Below, piece after piece: positions 48,229 to 58,590 of a DNA stretch of 64,000 nt. Below the pieces are notes generated by a model. It worked only from the letters and a program-made list of their open reading frames with translations. It was not told the DNA's origin and made no database searches. Where the stretch lies: positions 27,668 to 91,667 of the forward strand of contig DFUR01000035.1 in NCBI GenBank assembly GCA_002380425.1, given 5' to 3'. A program made the translations under genes and the position numbers. Origin of the DNA: Bacteroidales bacterium UBA4181 (lineage in GTDB: Bacteria; Bacteroidota; Bacteroidia; Bacteroidales; UBA4181). The number at the start of each line of letters is the position of its first letter. Position 1 is the first letter of the stretch.

Positions 48229-49613
48229 TTGTGTGGGATGATTGATTGTTCGCACCATTGTGTAATGACAGGTACCAGCTGGTCAATGTCCCCGGCACCC
48301 ATGGTCAGGAGAATGTCCGGAGTGCACTGCCTGAGCAGGGGAATCAAACCCTCTCTGAAACACAGGAAGCGCTCAGGAGAGGTTATGTCCTTCAAAATCA
48401 GCTCGGAAGTCACGCCCGGGATGGGTTGTTCCCGGGCTGGGTAGATGTCCAGCAGGATGGCTCTGTCCAGCATACTCAGGCTACGTGCAAATTCTTCATG
48501 CAGGTCGCGGGTTCGGGTGAACAGGTGGGGCTGGAAGATACCGGTGATGTGCCGCCCCGGGTAGAGTTCCCGGACAGAGCGAATGGTAAAACTCAGTTCC
48601 TCGGGATGGTGTCCGTAGTCATCAATGTATAAACGGGTTTCTGAGCGAAAGCGGACATCAAATCGTCGCTGCACCCCCTGGAACGTTTCCATGGCATCGC
48701 GGATGCCATGCTCCGGACATCCCGTCAGCACGGCAACGGCCATGGCAGCCACTGCGTTTTCCACATTCAAAAGCCCCGGAACGCCGATGCGGATGTTGCT
48801 GATGGTTCCCTGTGGGGTGGACAGGTCAATGACATAGGCCCCTTCACGGATGGTGACGGAAGTGGCGCAGAAATCGGCCGGACCCCGAAGCGCGTAAGAG
48901 TGTGCCCGTACACCGGAAGGCAGCCGGAGCGAAACCCCTTGCTTGATCAGGATGTTTCCCCCCGGATTGGTCCGGGCCACAAACTGTTCAAAGGCTTCTT
49001 TCACAGCCTGATGGGTTCCGTAAATGTCCAGATGGTCTGCATCGGTTGCTGTGACTACTGCAATGAACGGATTCAGGTGAAGGAACGAGCGGTCGTATTC
49101 ATCTGCTTCTGCCACAAGGTAGGTGCTGTCAGGATGGAGTAGCAGGTTTGTCCGGTAGTTTTTTGAGATTCCTCCCATGAAGGCATCACAGGGCACCCCA
49201 CACTGGGTGAGCAGGTGCGCGGTCATGGTGGTGATGCTTGTCTTTCCGTGGGTCCCGGATATGCCTATGGTTCTTCGGGAGCGCGAAATGGCTCCCAGTA
49301 CTTCGGCCCTTTTTACTATTTCAAACCCTTGCTCCCGAAACCAGACCAACTCTGCATGGTTGCCCGGAACCGCAGGGGTGTAAATAACCAGGGTGCTTGC
49401 CGGGTCCCTGAATGACTTGGGGATGAGTTCGGGGTCTTCGGTGAAATGTATGTCCATGCCTTCCTCTTGCAAGGCATCGGTCAGTGGGGTAGGCACCCGG
49501 TCATAACCTGCCACGGGGAGCCCACGTGTGCCGAAATACCTTGCCAGGGCGCTGACACCGATGCCCCCTATCCCCAGACAGTACACCTGCTTTATCTTAT
49601 CTATCGGACGCAT
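48222..49613 (-). CDS. murC: UDP-N-acetylmuramate--L-alanine ligase.
   Basis: The ORF is 48222..49715. The start is placed at ATG 49613 (MRPIDKIKQVYCLGIGGIGVSALA). The P-loop is GISGTHGKTS. Confidence 0.93.
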   Translation of the reverse strand: MRPIDKIKQVYCLGIGGIGVSALARYFGTRGLPVAGYDRVPTPLTDALQEEGMDIHFTEDPELIPKSFRDPASTLVIYTPAVPGNHAELVWFREQGFEIVKRAEVLGAISRSRRTIGISGTHGKTSITTMTAHLLTQCGVPCDAFMGGISKNYRTNLLLHPDSTYLVAEADEYDRSFLHLNPFIAVVTATDADHLDIYGTHQAVKEAFEQFVARTNPGGNILIKQGVSLRLPSGVRAHSYALRGPADFCATSVTIREGAYVIDLSTPQGTISNIRIGVPGLLNVENAVAAMAVAVLTGCPEHGIRDAMETFQGVQRRFDVRFRSETRLYIDDYGHHPEELSFTIRSVRELYPGRHITGIFQPHLFTRTRDLHEEFARSLSMLDRAILLDIYPAREQPIPGVTSELILKDITSPERFLCFREGLIPLLRQCTPDILLTMGAGDIDQLVPVITQWCEQSIIPHKC

Positions 49614-50713
49614 AGTTCTAAAACCTTTTTGGCAATTATTTCTGAAGCTCCGGGATGGGCAAACTGCCGTATTGCTGCAGCCAGAGCTAAACAGGCCTGT
49701 TCGTCCCGGATACACTGGATGGCCTTGGGGAACAGCTGTTCCCGGGCGGAGGCATCGGAGATCATCAGGGCCGCACCGTGTTTGGCCAGCACTTCGGCAT
49801 TGCGTGTCTGATGATCTTCGGCCACATTCGGCGAAGGAACCAGGATGCAGGGCTTCCCCAGGATGCTGAGCTCCGAGATGGTCCCGGCACCGGCTCTGGA
49901 GATAACCATATCGGCTGCGGAGAAGGCCATCTCCATCCTTTGGATAAAAGCATGCACCTGCACGCCCGGATGTTCCTTGGATAGGGCTGCGGCACGTTCA
50001 TAATATCCGGGACCCGTCTGCCAGAGCAGTTGGATGTCCTCCGGAAGCCGGCACACTCCTGCTGCCAGGCTTTCGTTGATGGTGCGTGCCCCCAGGCTGC
50101 CTCCAAGGGAGAGCAATACCTTACGGGCGGGATCCAGTCCGAAGAACCGGCAGGCCTCCTCCCTCGGGGGCAGGGGCTGCTCCAGGACCGTGCGTACAGG
50201 ATTGCCCGTCACTTGAATCTTCCCGGCCGGGAAGAATCGCTCCATACCGGGGTAGGCTACGCATATGCTCTTTGCACGGCGTGCCAGCCATTTGTTGGCC
50301 ACTCCGGCGTAGGAGTTTTGTTCCTGAATCAGGGTTGGCACTCCTGCCCATCCGGCTGCCAGCAGAACGGGAGCACTGGCATATCCGCCCACACCCACAG
50401 CCACGTTGGGGCGAAACTCCCGGATAATCTTCCGGGCTTGTCGTACACTTTGAAACAGGTGAAACAGCACCTGAAAGTTGCGTAGCAGGTTGTGCCGGTC
50501 GAAGCCGCTGACAGGCAATCCCTTAATAGGGAACCCGGCTGCAGGCACTTTCTCCATTTCCATCCGGCCCAAAGCTCCGACAAAAAGAATATCGGCTCCG
50601 GGGTTTAGCTCCAGAAGTTTCCCGGCAATGGAAACGGCCGGGAAGATGTGGCCTCCGGTGCCGCCTCCGCTCACGATGATTCTCAGGGCAGTTGTGTTTG
50701 GGGATGTGTTCAT
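49601..50713 (-). CDS. murG: UDP-N-acetylglucosamine--N-acetylmuramyl-(pentapeptide) pyrophosphoryl-undecaprenol GlcNAc transferase.
   Basis: 370 aa. Motifs seen: SGGGTGGHIFPA, ISRAGAGTISE. Confidence 0.95.
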   Translation of the reverse strand: MNTSPNTTALRIIVSGGGTGGHIFPAVSIAGKLLELNPGADILFVGALGRMEMEKVPAAGFPIKGLPVSGFDRHNLLRNFQVLFHLFQSVRQARKIIREFRPNVAVGVGGYASAPVLLAAGWAGVPTLIQEQNSYAGVANKWLARRAKSICVAYPGMERFFPAGKIQVTGNPVRTVLEQPLPPREEACRFFGLDPARKVLLSLGGSLGARTINESLAAGVCRLPEDIQLLWQTGPGYYERAAALSKEHPGVQVHAFIQRMEMAFSAADMVISRAGAGTISELSILGKPCILVPSPNVAEDHQTRNAEVLAKHGAALMISDASAREQLFPKAIQCIRDEQACLALAAAIRQFAHPGASEIIAKKVLELCVR

Positions 50714-52035
50714 TTTGTTTGGGGATGAGTCGGTGTGGGATCCTGAAGGTCGTCTGCCGAGACCTTTTCGCTCGAATGATCAGCAGCCTCTGATGTACTT
50801 GCGCTTTCCTGTGCACCGGCCAGAGTTGCCTTCTCGGATTCCTGAGCTCTTTTCCGGGTTTCCCGGCTGATTCCCAAGATGATTCCCAGCGAAACCCCGG
50901 TGGAGATGATGGACGACCCCCCCATGCTGATCATGGGCAGGGGCTGTCCGGTCACCGGGGCCAGCCCTGTCCCCACGGCCATGTGGATAATCGCCTGGAA
51001 AACAATAATCAGGCACAGCCCGATGGCCAGGAAGGCAGGGAAGGAGCGGTCACTCATCCGCACAATCAAACCGACACGGAACAGCAGGGCCACGTACAGC
51101 AACAGAACCAGGAATCCTCCGGCGATGCCGTACTCTTCAATGATGATGGCATAGATGTAATCCGAGTAGGGATGTGGCAAAAAGTTTCTCTGGGTACTCT
51201 GCCCCGGCCCCTTGCCAAAGATTCCTCCCGTGCCTACCGCGATACGCGCCTGTTCTGCCTGGTAGTCTTCGGCCAGCTTTCGGTCCTGTTCTGCTTCACT
51301 GTGGATGTTGGCCGACCCCCAGTCCTGAAACAGGGAGAAGTTGCTGATCCGGTTGACCCATGTGATGCCCCTTCCGGTTACGGACGTGTGTACTCCGTGC
51401 TTTTCCAGTTGGTACGAGGCCATCAGGTACACGGAGAAGGCCAGGGCGCAGCCTGTGATAAACAGCAGGATGTTTTTCGTGGGGACCTGGCCAATGAATA
51501 TCAGGCACATGGCCGCTCCCAGGGACAATGCAGCCGTGCTGAAGTTGGCCGGGAGGATGAACGCAAACACCAGGGAAATGGCCACAAATATCAAAGGAAC
51601 TCCCTTGGTGGTTTCGGTGTCTTTCTCCTTGAGGTTTGCCAGTTTGCGTGCCAGAAACATCATCAGGGTGATTTTGGCGATGTCCGAAGTTTGAAAGGTC
51701 ATCCCGAATATTTCGAGACGTCGTACCGCATCGTTTTCGGTGACCCCCATGAATAAGGTCATCACCAGCAGGACCACGGAACCCCAGAAAACAAGAGGGG
51801 CCGCGTACCAGTAGGTTTTGTAGGGCAGCCTGCTGAACAACAGGATGCATGCCAGGCCAATCAGCAGGTGTCTGATATGCCTGATGATGTACACCGAGGT
51901 GTCTCCGCCCTGCCACTGGTATGCCAGGGTCCCTGAGGCGCTGTACACGCTCAAGACCGACATCAGGACCATCATGATGACAATCCCCCAGATGAAGCGA
52001 TCTCCCTGAAACCAATGTTTGAACTGAACAGGCAT
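50710..52035 (-). CDS. ftsW: FtsW/RodA/SpoVE-family peptidoglycan glycosyltransferase (FtsW by context).
   Basis: The ORF is 50710..52062. I favour ATG 52035 (MPVQFKHWF...), which lies after the murD stop at 52044. The protein is polytopic. The conserved segment TGQPLPMISMGGSSII is present, and an acidic C-terminal tail follows. Confidence 0.9.
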   Translation of the reverse strand: MPVQFKHWFQGDRFIWGIVIMMVLMSVLSVYSASGTLAYQWQGGDTSVYIIRHIRHLLIGLACILLFSRLPYKTYWYAAPLVFWGSVVLLVMTLFMGVTENDAVRRLEIFGMTFQTSDIAKITLMMFLARKLANLKEKDTETTKGVPLIFVAISLVFAFILPANFSTAALSLGAAMCLIFIGQVPTKNILLFITGCALAFSVYLMASYQLEKHGVHTSVTGRGITWVNRISNFSLFQDWGSANIHSEAEQDRKLAEDYQAEQARIAVGTGGIFGKGPGQSTQRNFLPHPYSDYIYAIIIEEYGIAGGFLVLLLYVALLFRVGLIVRMSDRSFPAFLAIGLCLIIVFQAIIHMAVGTGLAPVTGQPLPMISMGGSSIISTGVSLGIILGISRETRKRAQESEKATLAGAQESASTSEAADHSSEKVSADDLQDPTPTHPQTK

Positions 52036-52043
52036 CCTAGTTG

Positions 52044-53381
52044 TTATAGGTTTCTCACGCACTCTTTAAACTGACGTCCCCGGTCCTCGTAATTCTGGAA
52101 CAAGTCAAAACTGGCGCAGGCTGGGGACAGCAATACGGTGTCTCCGGGCGATGCCAGATGGTAACATGCTGCGACAGCATCTTTCATGGAACGGGTTTCC
52201 ACAATCTGGGGTACGATGTCCCCGAAGGAGGCCACCAGTTTGCTGTTGTCCTTACCCAGGCAAACCAGTGCCTTCACCTTGCTGCGGGCCAGTTCGGACA
52301 ATTCGCTGTAATCGTTGCCTTTGTCTGTCCCTCCGGCAATCCAGACTACGGGGGTGGTCATGCTTTCCAGGGCGTACCAGCTTGAATTGATGTTGGTGGC
52401 CTTGGAATCATTGATGAAATGGATGCCCCGTATCTGCAGGACATACTCCAGACGGTGTTCCACCCCCGGGAAGGTGCACAGGGCCTCGCGGATGTTTTCC
52501 TTGCGGATGCGCAGAGCCTGTCCGGTGATGCCTGCCGAGAGGGAATTGTACAGGTTGTGCTTGCCCTTCAGAGCCAGGTCGGTTACCGGGAGGGTAAAAT
52601 CGTTGCCTTTCAGGGACATATGCAGCAGGTTGTCCTCAATCCAGCCCCCCGGATCCTCTTTTTGTTTGAGCGACACCGGGAGCATCTGGGCTTTGAGGAC
52701 AATCTTTTCCAGTTCCCGGATGGTCACATCGTCATCGGAACAGAAGATGAAATACTCATCTTCCGAAAGGTTGCGCACAATGCGCATTTTGGCATCAATG
52801 TATTTCTGGTAATCATGGTCGTACCGGTCCAGGTGATCGGGGGTGATGTTCAGCAGGATGGCGATATCGGCTTTGAACTGGTACATGCCCTCAAGCTGGA
52901 AGCTGCTGAGCTCCAAAACGTAGTAATCAAAGTTCTGCTCAGCCACCTGCAGGGCGAAACTCTGCCCGACATTTCCGGCAAGTCCCACATTCATTCCCGC
53001 CTTGCCCATCATATAATATATGAGGGTGGTTGTGGTCGTTTTTCCGTTGCTACCGGTGATGCAAATCTTGTAAGCGTCGGTGTAGCGGCCCGCAAATTCA
53101 ATCTCGGAGATCACCGGGATTTCCTTTTCCAGAACCGCTTGCATGATGGTGGTCCGGTCCGGGATGCCTGGGCTTTTGATAATCTCATCGGCTTCGAGGA
53201 TGCGTTCCAGGGTATGTTTTCCTTCTTCGTATTCGATGCCATAGCGATCCAGACGCTCCTTGTATGCAGGACGGATGGGTCCGGAATCGGAAACGAATAC
53301 ATCACACCCCTTCACCTTCGCAAGGACTGCTGCCCCCGACCCGCTTTCTCCTCCTCCCAGAACTACAATTTTGTTGCTCAT
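52044..53381 (-). CDS. murD: UDP-N-acetylmuramoylalanine--D-glutamate ligase.
   Basis: The ORF is 52044..54011. The start is placed at ATG 53381 (MSNKIVVLGGGESGSGAA), 2 nt after the mraY stop. The P-loop is ITGSNGKTTTT. Confidence 0.93.
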   Translation of the reverse strand: MSNKIVVLGGGESGSGAAVLAKVKGCDVFVSDSGPIRPAYKERLDRYGIEYEEGKHTLERILEADEIIKSPGIPDRTTIMQAVLEKEIPVISEIEFAGRYTDAYKICITGSNGKTTTTTLIYYMMGKAGMNVGLAGNVGQSFALQVAEQNFDYYVLELSSFQLEGMYQFKADIAILLNITPDHLDRYDHDYQKYIDAKMRIVRNLSEDEYFIFCSDDDVTIRELEKIVLKAQMLPVSLKQKEDPGGWIEDNLLHMSLKGNDFTLPVTDLALKGKHNLYNSLSAGITGQALRIRKENIREALCTFPGVEHRLEYVLQIRGIHFINDSKATNINSSWYALESMTTPVVWIAGGTDKGNDYSELSELARSKVKALVCLGKDNSKLVASFGDIVPQIVETRSMKDAVAACYHLASPGDTVLLSPACASFDLFQNYEDRGRQFKECVRNL

Positions 53382-53383
53382 TT

Positions 53384-54613
53384 CTATCGGATTTTCAACG
53401 TTACCAATGTTATTACAGCCAGAATAAGGGATACAATCCAGAACCTTACCACGATTTTGGCCTCCGGATATCCTTTTTTCTGATAATGGTGATGCAGCGG
53501 CGACATCAGGAAGATGCGCCTCCCTTCCCCGTATTTTTTCCGGGTGTGCTTGAACCAGGCAACCTGAATCATCACCGAAAGATTCTCGGCCAGGAATACA
53601 CCGCACAGGATGGGAATCAGCAATTCTTTCCGGATCAGAATGGCAAAGACGGCAATGATGCCACCCAGGGTCAGGCTGCCTGTGTCGCCCATGAAAACTT
53701 GTGCCGGATAGGTGTTGTACCATAGAAAACCTACAATAGCCCCTGTGAAGGCGCTGATAAAAACCACCAACTCTCCCGTGTACGGTAGATACATAATATT
53801 TAGGTAGTTGGCGTATATCAGGTTGCCCGACACATAGGCCAGGATGCCCAGGGTTCCCCCGATGATGCCCGAGGTTCCCGCAGCCAGCCCGTCCAGTCCG
53901 TCGGTCATGTTGGCTCCGTTGGACACGGCTGTGATGATCAGGATGAATGCCAGCACCATCACCAGCCACACCCATTGTTCGGAATGCCCTCCGAGGAATG
54001 ATATGAACCATTTGTAGTCCAACTCATTATTCTTGACAAATGGGATGTTGGTCCGGGTGGATTTCACATCCTTGGACAGCGTTCCGTGGTCCATCACCGT
54101 TTCCACCACCTGGTCTGAGGTGTGGGAAGCTGGTTCGCGCACCACGATATTATCCGAGAATATCACCGTTAAAGCTATCAGAAGCGCGAGGCTTACCTGC
54201 CCCAGAATCTTGAACTTGCCTTGCAGCCCGGCCTTATCCTTGAGAAACACCTTGATATAGTCATCCGCACCGCCCAGCAGGCCCAGCCAGATGGTTGTTG
54301 CAATCATCAGCAGCACATAGGTATTGGTGAGGTCACAAAACAGAAGTACCGGAACCAACAGGGAGATGATAATGATGATCCCGCCCATGGTGGGCACGCC
54401 CTGCTTGATGTTTTGTCCTTCGAGGCCGAGGTCCCGTATGGTTTCCCCTATTTGTTTCTTTTTCAGGAATATAATGATGTGCTTGCCGATGAACAGGCCA
54501 ATGGCAAGGGCGGTAATAACGGCCATAGCGGACCGGAAAGAAATATACCGGAACATACCGGCGCCCGGGATGTCAAAGTTTTGTTCCAAATATTGAAATA
54601 GATGGTACAGCAT
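53384..54613 (-). CDS. mraY: Phospho-N-acetylmuramoyl-pentapeptide transferase.
   Basis: 409 aa, polytopic. Motifs seen: [32 protein letters not shown]. Confidence 0.95.
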   Translation of the reverse strand: MLYHLFQYLEQNFDIPGAGMFRYISFRSAMAVITALAIGLFIGKHIIIFLKKKQIGETIRDLGLEGQNIKQGVPTMGGIIIIISLLVPVLLFCDLTNTYVLLMIATTIWLGLLGGADDYIKVFLKDKAGLQGKFKILGQVSLALLIALTVIFSDNIVVREPASHTSDQVVETVMDHGTLSKDVKSTRTNIPFVKNNELDYKWFISFLGGHSEQWVWLVMVLAFILIITAVSNGANMTDGLDGLAAGTSGIIGGTLGILAYVSGNLIYANYLNIMYLPYTGELVVFISAFTGAIVGFLWYNTYPAQVFMGDTGSLTLGGIIAVFAILIRKELLIPILCGVFLAENLSVMIQVAWFKHTRKKYGEGRRIFLMSPLHHHYQKKGYPEAKIVVRFWIVSLILAVITLVTLKIR

Positions 54614-54625
54614 GGTCTTTCCTGT

Positions 54626-56095
54626 TTATGATGAACGTGAACTTAAGGCTGCTGAGGCTTCTTCCATGTCATCAAAGTGGGATTTGACCCCCTTGACGAT
54701 CTGATAGTTCTCGTGCCCTTTGCCTGCTATCAGGACGATATCCCCCGCACCGGCCATCCGGCAGGCCGTGCGTATGGCCTGGCGCCTGTCGGTGATGCGC
54801 AGGGTTTTCGCCAGGTCGGCTTGGGACAATCCTGCCTGCATATCGTCGAGGATGGTTTCCGGATCCTCGCTGCGTGGATTGTCTGAGGTGAGAATCAGGG
54901 TGTGGCTTCCTGTGGCGGCAATCCGGGCCATCTTGGGCCTCTTGGTTTTGTCCCGGTCCCCTCCGCAGCCTATGACGGTGATGACTTTGTGGCCCTCCCC
55001 CGGAACAATCTGATGGATGGCTTTGAGCACATTTTCCACGGCATCCGGGGTGTGGGCATAGTCCACAACCGCAGTGACCCCATCTGCGGACGATATATAC
55101 TGAAACCGTCCGGCAACTGGGGTAAGTAAGCTCAGGCAGCGCAGAATGTCTTCCTCTGCCAGACCCAGCAACATGGCAGCCCCGTACACGGCCAGCAGGT
55201 TGTAGGCATTGAAATCTCCAATGAATTGAACCCACACCTCCCGGCCGTTGATGGTCAGTTGCATCCCTCCAAGATGCTTTTCGAGCACCCTTGCCCGGAA
55301 ATCGGCCATGGAACGGAGGGCATAAGTGCTGACTTTTGCCCGGGTATTTTGCACCATCACCATCCCGTTTCGGTCGTCCTTGTTGGTGAGCGCAAATGCA
55401 CCGGGGGGCAGCAGGTCGAAGAATTTTTTCTTTGCCTGCAAATACCCGGCAAAGGTGTGGTGGAAATCCAGATGATCCTGAGTCAGATTGGTAAAGACCC
55501 CCCCGGCGAAGTGTAGTCCGGTCACCCGCTCCTGCACGATACTGTGTGAACTCACCTCCATAAAGCAGTGGGTACATCCGGCCTGAACCATTCCGGCGAG
55601 CAGCCTCTGCAGGGATACTGCGTCCGGTGTGGTGTGTGTGGCCTCGATTTCCTGGTCGTTCACATAGTTGACTACTGTGGAGAGTAGTCCGCATGAGTAG
55701 CCCAGGTTTCGGAACATGCGGTACAACAGGGTAGCTGTTGTGGTCTTCCCGTTGGTCCCGGTTACCCCGGTCAGCGTCAGCTTTTGTGAGGGATGGTCGT
55801 AAAAGGCAGCACTCACCAGGCCCAGAGCATGGGTTGAGTCGGAGACAACGACGCATGTGGCGTCCTCAGGAGTGTCTTCGGGGATGGTTTCGCACAGTAC
55901 AGCAGCGGCACCCTTCCTGAATGATTCCGAGATAAACCCGTGTCCGTCTGACTGGGTTCCCCGCAGGGCTACAAACAAGCACCCCGGTGAGACCGCCCGT
56001 GAGTCAATGCAGATCTCCGGAATCTCTGTGTCGGGGTTGCCCGTGGTGCGCAACACGGGTATCTCCCTGATGATATCGCTCAGTTTCTTCTTCAT
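54626..56095 (-). CDS. murE: UDP-N-acetylmuramoyl-L-alanyl-D-glutamate--2,6-diaminopimelate ligase.
   Basis: 489 aa. The P-loop is GVTGTNGKTTT. A DNPR motif (TSDNPRSEDP) is consistent with meso-DAP specificity. Confidence 0.93.
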   Translation of the reverse strand: MKKKLSDIIREIPVLRTTGNPDTEIPEICIDSRAVSPGCLFVALRGTQSDGHGFISESFRKGAAAVLCETIPEDTPEDATCVVVSDSTHALGLVSAAFYDHPSQKLTLTGVTGTNGKTTTATLLYRMFRNLGYSCGLLSTVVNYVNDQEIEATHTTPDAVSLQRLLAGMVQAGCTHCFMEVSSHSIVQERVTGLHFAGGVFTNLTQDHLDFHHTFAGYLQAKKKFFDLLPPGAFALTNKDDRNGMVMVQNTRAKVSTYALRSMADFRARVLEKHLGGMQLTINGREVWVQFIGDFNAYNLLAVYGAAMLLGLAEEDILRCLSLLTPVAGRFQYISSADGVTAVVDYAHTPDAVENVLKAIHQIVPGEGHKVITVIGCGGDRDKTKRPKMARIAATGSHTLILTSDNPRSEDPETILDDMQAGLSQADLAKTLRITDRRQAIRTACRMAGAGDIVLIAGKGHENYQIVKGVKSHFDDMEEASAALSSRSS

Positions 56096-58218
56096 CCCAT
56101 GGAGAGTTCAATGGTTATTTTCTGTTGGTTTTCCAGCGGGCTTCCGGGAGTCAGGGACTGGGTGCTTACCGTACCCCGTCCCTTTACTTCCACTTCCAGG
56201 CCGCTGTTTTCGAGCAAATACAAAGCGTCTTTGAGACCCATGTGCAGCACATCGGGCACGAAGCCCCGGCCGGGTTCCGGACGGGCCCGCAGTTGCCATG
56301 CTCCGGGGATGGAATCGCGTTCCACCCACCGGGCTCTCTGTCCGCTTATGGTTGCCGAGATTCCCAGTGCCTTGCCCAGCACCAGAGCATCAGCAGAATT
56401 CCCTGGAGTCAGTACGGGAATTGGGGACGGTACTGTCGTTCCGGATTGGACGACCGGGAACATGTCCGGGAGGGTGGCATATATTCTGTCTGCAACCTCC
56501 CGGAATACGGGGGCGGCCACCACACCTCCTCCGGTGCCGTTGATTGTCGGGGCATAGACGGTGACAATGCCCGAGTATTTGGGCTGGTCGGCCGGAAAAT
56601 AGCCAACGAAGGAGGCATAATGTCGCTTGTCCCGATATCCAAAACGGGCGTTGGCAATCTGGGCCGTTCCCGTTTTCCCGGCGATGCTGTACCGCTCTGT
56701 CCTGATGTTTTTTGCTGTTCCCGAATCCACTACCGTGCGCAGCATCTGATGAGCCTTGTCGAGGGTGGCCTGTGTGCAAATGGGGTCCTTGATGACTTCG
56801 GGTTCAAATTGCTTTTCCACGATGCTCTGTTTGCGCAACGCCCGGATCAGCCGGGGCCTGACCATACGGCCATTGTTTGCGACAGCGTTGTAGAAGGCCA
56901 GGGTGTGGATGGGTGCCAGCATCATTTCGTAACCGTAAGCTATCTGTGTGAGCGAGAGGCGGGACCATCCGTCCTCGCGGGTAGGGAACTTGATGTAGGG
57001 GCGGGCTTCACCCTTAATGTCCATGCCCAGCCTGTTTCCCAGCCCGAAGCTGTGGATCCGTTCGATAAATTTTGCTTCCTGATGCCTGTAGTAGTGATCA
57101 ATGACCTTGGTAACAGACACATTGGACGAAAGAGCAAAGGCTTTCTCGATAGTCAGTATTCCCTTGGTAGAGACACGCCCATCATCGTGTACCCGTTTGC
57201 CGTAGTAGAACACTTCGCCTTCTCCGTTGTCCACAATGTCGTTGAGGCCGATGTACCCGTCCTCAAAGGCGGCCATGTACGAAGCCAGTTTGAAGGTGGA
57301 ACCCGGGTCCACTGCCTCTGCCAGGGCATAGTTGAAGGTTTCGTGGAACACCCCGGTGGTCCTGTTCCGACCCAGATTCACGATGGCCTTGATCTCTCCG
57401 GTGGCTACCTCCATGATGACAACAGTGCCGTGGTCGGCCTCATGCTTGATCAGGGCTTTCCGGAGGGCTGTTTCGGCGACATCCTGTATGTCAATGTCTA
57501 TTGAGGTTACCACATCGCCGCCGTTTTCGGGGAGTACCGTATTGCTGCTGCTGATTTCCACCAGATTGTTGTGTGGAAGTTTCTGCATCACGCTCAGGCC
57601 CTCCTTCCCCCTGAGGTATTCGTCAAAGGCGCCTTCAATCCCGGGAAAGTTGCCGTCAGGATTCCGGGCCATGAAATATCCGATGGTACGTGCAGCCAGA
57701 TCTCCATGTGGTAGCTCTCTTTCCTGCCGGTGCTCCAGGATCAGTCCGCCCCTGTTCTTGCCCTTGCGTAATATCGGGTAGCTGCAAACCATTTTCATTT
57801 CGGGATATTTCAAGTTGCGTGCCAGTGCCAGATATCGCTTCCCCGACTGGCGTGCGCGCACAAGCTCATTGTAGTAAGCGGTGGCGCTCTTCTTCCCTGG
57901 GAATACTGCTAAAGCACGAGCCAGTGCCTGAGCGTTGTTTTGGAATGTGTCCGGATGGATTCCTTCGGCCAGCGGGTCCATGTAAATGTCGTACGAAGGA
58001 ATGGAGGTGGCCAGAATCCGCCCGTCTGAGGCCAGAATGTTGCCTCGTTCGGGAGGCACGGTGATGTCCTTGAGGCTGATTTTTTTGGCTTTTTCGCGCA
58101 GTTCCTCTCCCTGACTCAATTGGGTATAGAGTGCCTTGCTGAGGATGGCTAGTCCCAGCAGGGTTACCATAATGTAGAGCAACCCCAGTCGTGCCAGTAT
58201 GTTTTTTTTTGCGGACAT
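56092..58218 (-). CDS. ftsI: Penicillin-binding protein 3 / FtsI-type transpeptidase.
   Basis: 708 aa with an N-terminal TM helix. The SxxK motif is (G)STFK, SxN is SSN, and KTG is KTGTA. A C-terminal PASTA-like extension is present. It overlaps murE by ATGA. Confidence 0.93.
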   Translation of the reverse strand: MSAKKNILARLGLLYIMVTLLGLAILSKALYTQLSQGEELREKAKKISLKDITVPPERGNILASDGRILATSIPSYDIYMDPLAEGIHPDTFQNNAQALARALAVFPGKKSATAYYNELVRARQSGKRYLALARNLKYPEMKMVCSYPILRKGKNRGGLILEHRQERELPHGDLAARTIGYFMARNPDGNFPGIEGAFDEYLRGKEGLSVMQKLPHNNLVEISSSNTVLPENGGDVVTSIDIDIQDVAETALRKALIKHEADHGTVVIMEVATGEIKAIVNLGRNRTTGVFHETFNYALAEAVDPGSTFKLASYMAAFEDGYIGLNDIVDNGEGEVFYYGKRVHDDGRVSTKGILTIEKAFALSSNVSVTKVIDHYYRHQEAKFIERIHSFGLGNRLGMDIKGEARPYIKFPTREDGWSRLSLTQIAYGYEMMLAPIHTLAFYNAVANNGRMVRPRLIRALRKQSIVEKQFEPEVIKDPICTQATLDKAHQMLRTVVDSGTAKNIRTERYSIAGKTGTAQIANARFGYRDKRHYASFVGYFPADQPKYSGIVTVYAPTINGTGGGVVAAPVFREVADRIYATLPDMFPVVQSGTTVPSPIPVLTPGNSADALVLGKALGISATISGQRARWVERDSIPGAWQLRARPEPGRGFVPDVLHMGLKDALYLLENSGLEVEVKGRGTVSTQSLTPGSPLENQQKITIELSMG

Positions 58219-58586
58219 TATCTCTCAAGACTATAGGGAGGGGTGACAGCCTCCTGAAGCTCCATTCCCCTCTGACGGATCATTTCGGTAACCACAGACT
58301 GGCGGCTCACATACATCAGGCGAGCCTCCATGGTGACAGCCTCGGCCCGGAGCTCTTCGACCTCTGCTTTGAGCCGGAATATCTTCAGGGCTACACCCTG
58401 AGCGTGGTAATTGTTGGCTATGTAGAGGAAGCCAAGAAACACGATCCAAACCAGGAAACGCAGATTGGGAAGCATGCCCTTGAGGAAGATATTGCCGCTG
58501 AGCAGATCCCTGAATGCAGGCAACTTCCTCTCGGGAGTTTCCTCCCCGGGATGAATGAATTCCAAAAGTTTTTTGCGCGGGCTCAT
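58218..58586 (-). CDS. ftsL: FtsL-like cell division protein.
   Basis: The ORF is 58218..58622. The start is placed at ATG 58586, after the rsmH stop at 58591. It has a single TM helix (LRFLVWIVFLGFLYIANNY) followed by a coiled coil. Its stop overlaps the ftsI start as TAATG. Confidence 0.7.
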   Translation of the reverse strand: MSPRKKLLEFIHPGEETPERKLPAFRDLLSGNIFLKGMLPNLRFLVWIVFLGFLYIANNYHAQGVALKIFRLKAEVEELRAEAVTMEARLMYVSRQSVVTEMIRQRGMELQEAVTPPYSLER

Positions 58587-58590
58587 TGGC

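Noticed and set aside
52044-54011. N-terminally extended ORFs: murD 655 aa, FkbM 434 aa (30505-31809), PL11 708 aa (5422-7548), murC 497 aa, and the AtpZ frame 176 aa (41555-42085).
   Set aside because: The extensions overlap the upstream gene in another frame and lack homology-like motifs. Internal ATGs give canonical N-termini or signal peptides and the tight 1-13-nt junctions typical of this genome.
56125-57504. Long antisense ORFs inside housekeeping genes: 459 aa opposite ftsI, 405 aa opposite ftsZ (44820-46037), 331 aa opposite atpB (40013-41008), 356 aa opposite ilvE (62467-63537), 350 aa opposite leuS (33265-34317), 339 aa opposite the glycogen gene (7497-8516), and 354 aa opposite murD (52419-53483).
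   Set aside because: All lie opposite genes with unambiguous family motifs. They have no start-site context and low-complexity composition. Their frequency is what codon bias in a mid-50s %GC genome would produce, and does not indicate overlapping genes.
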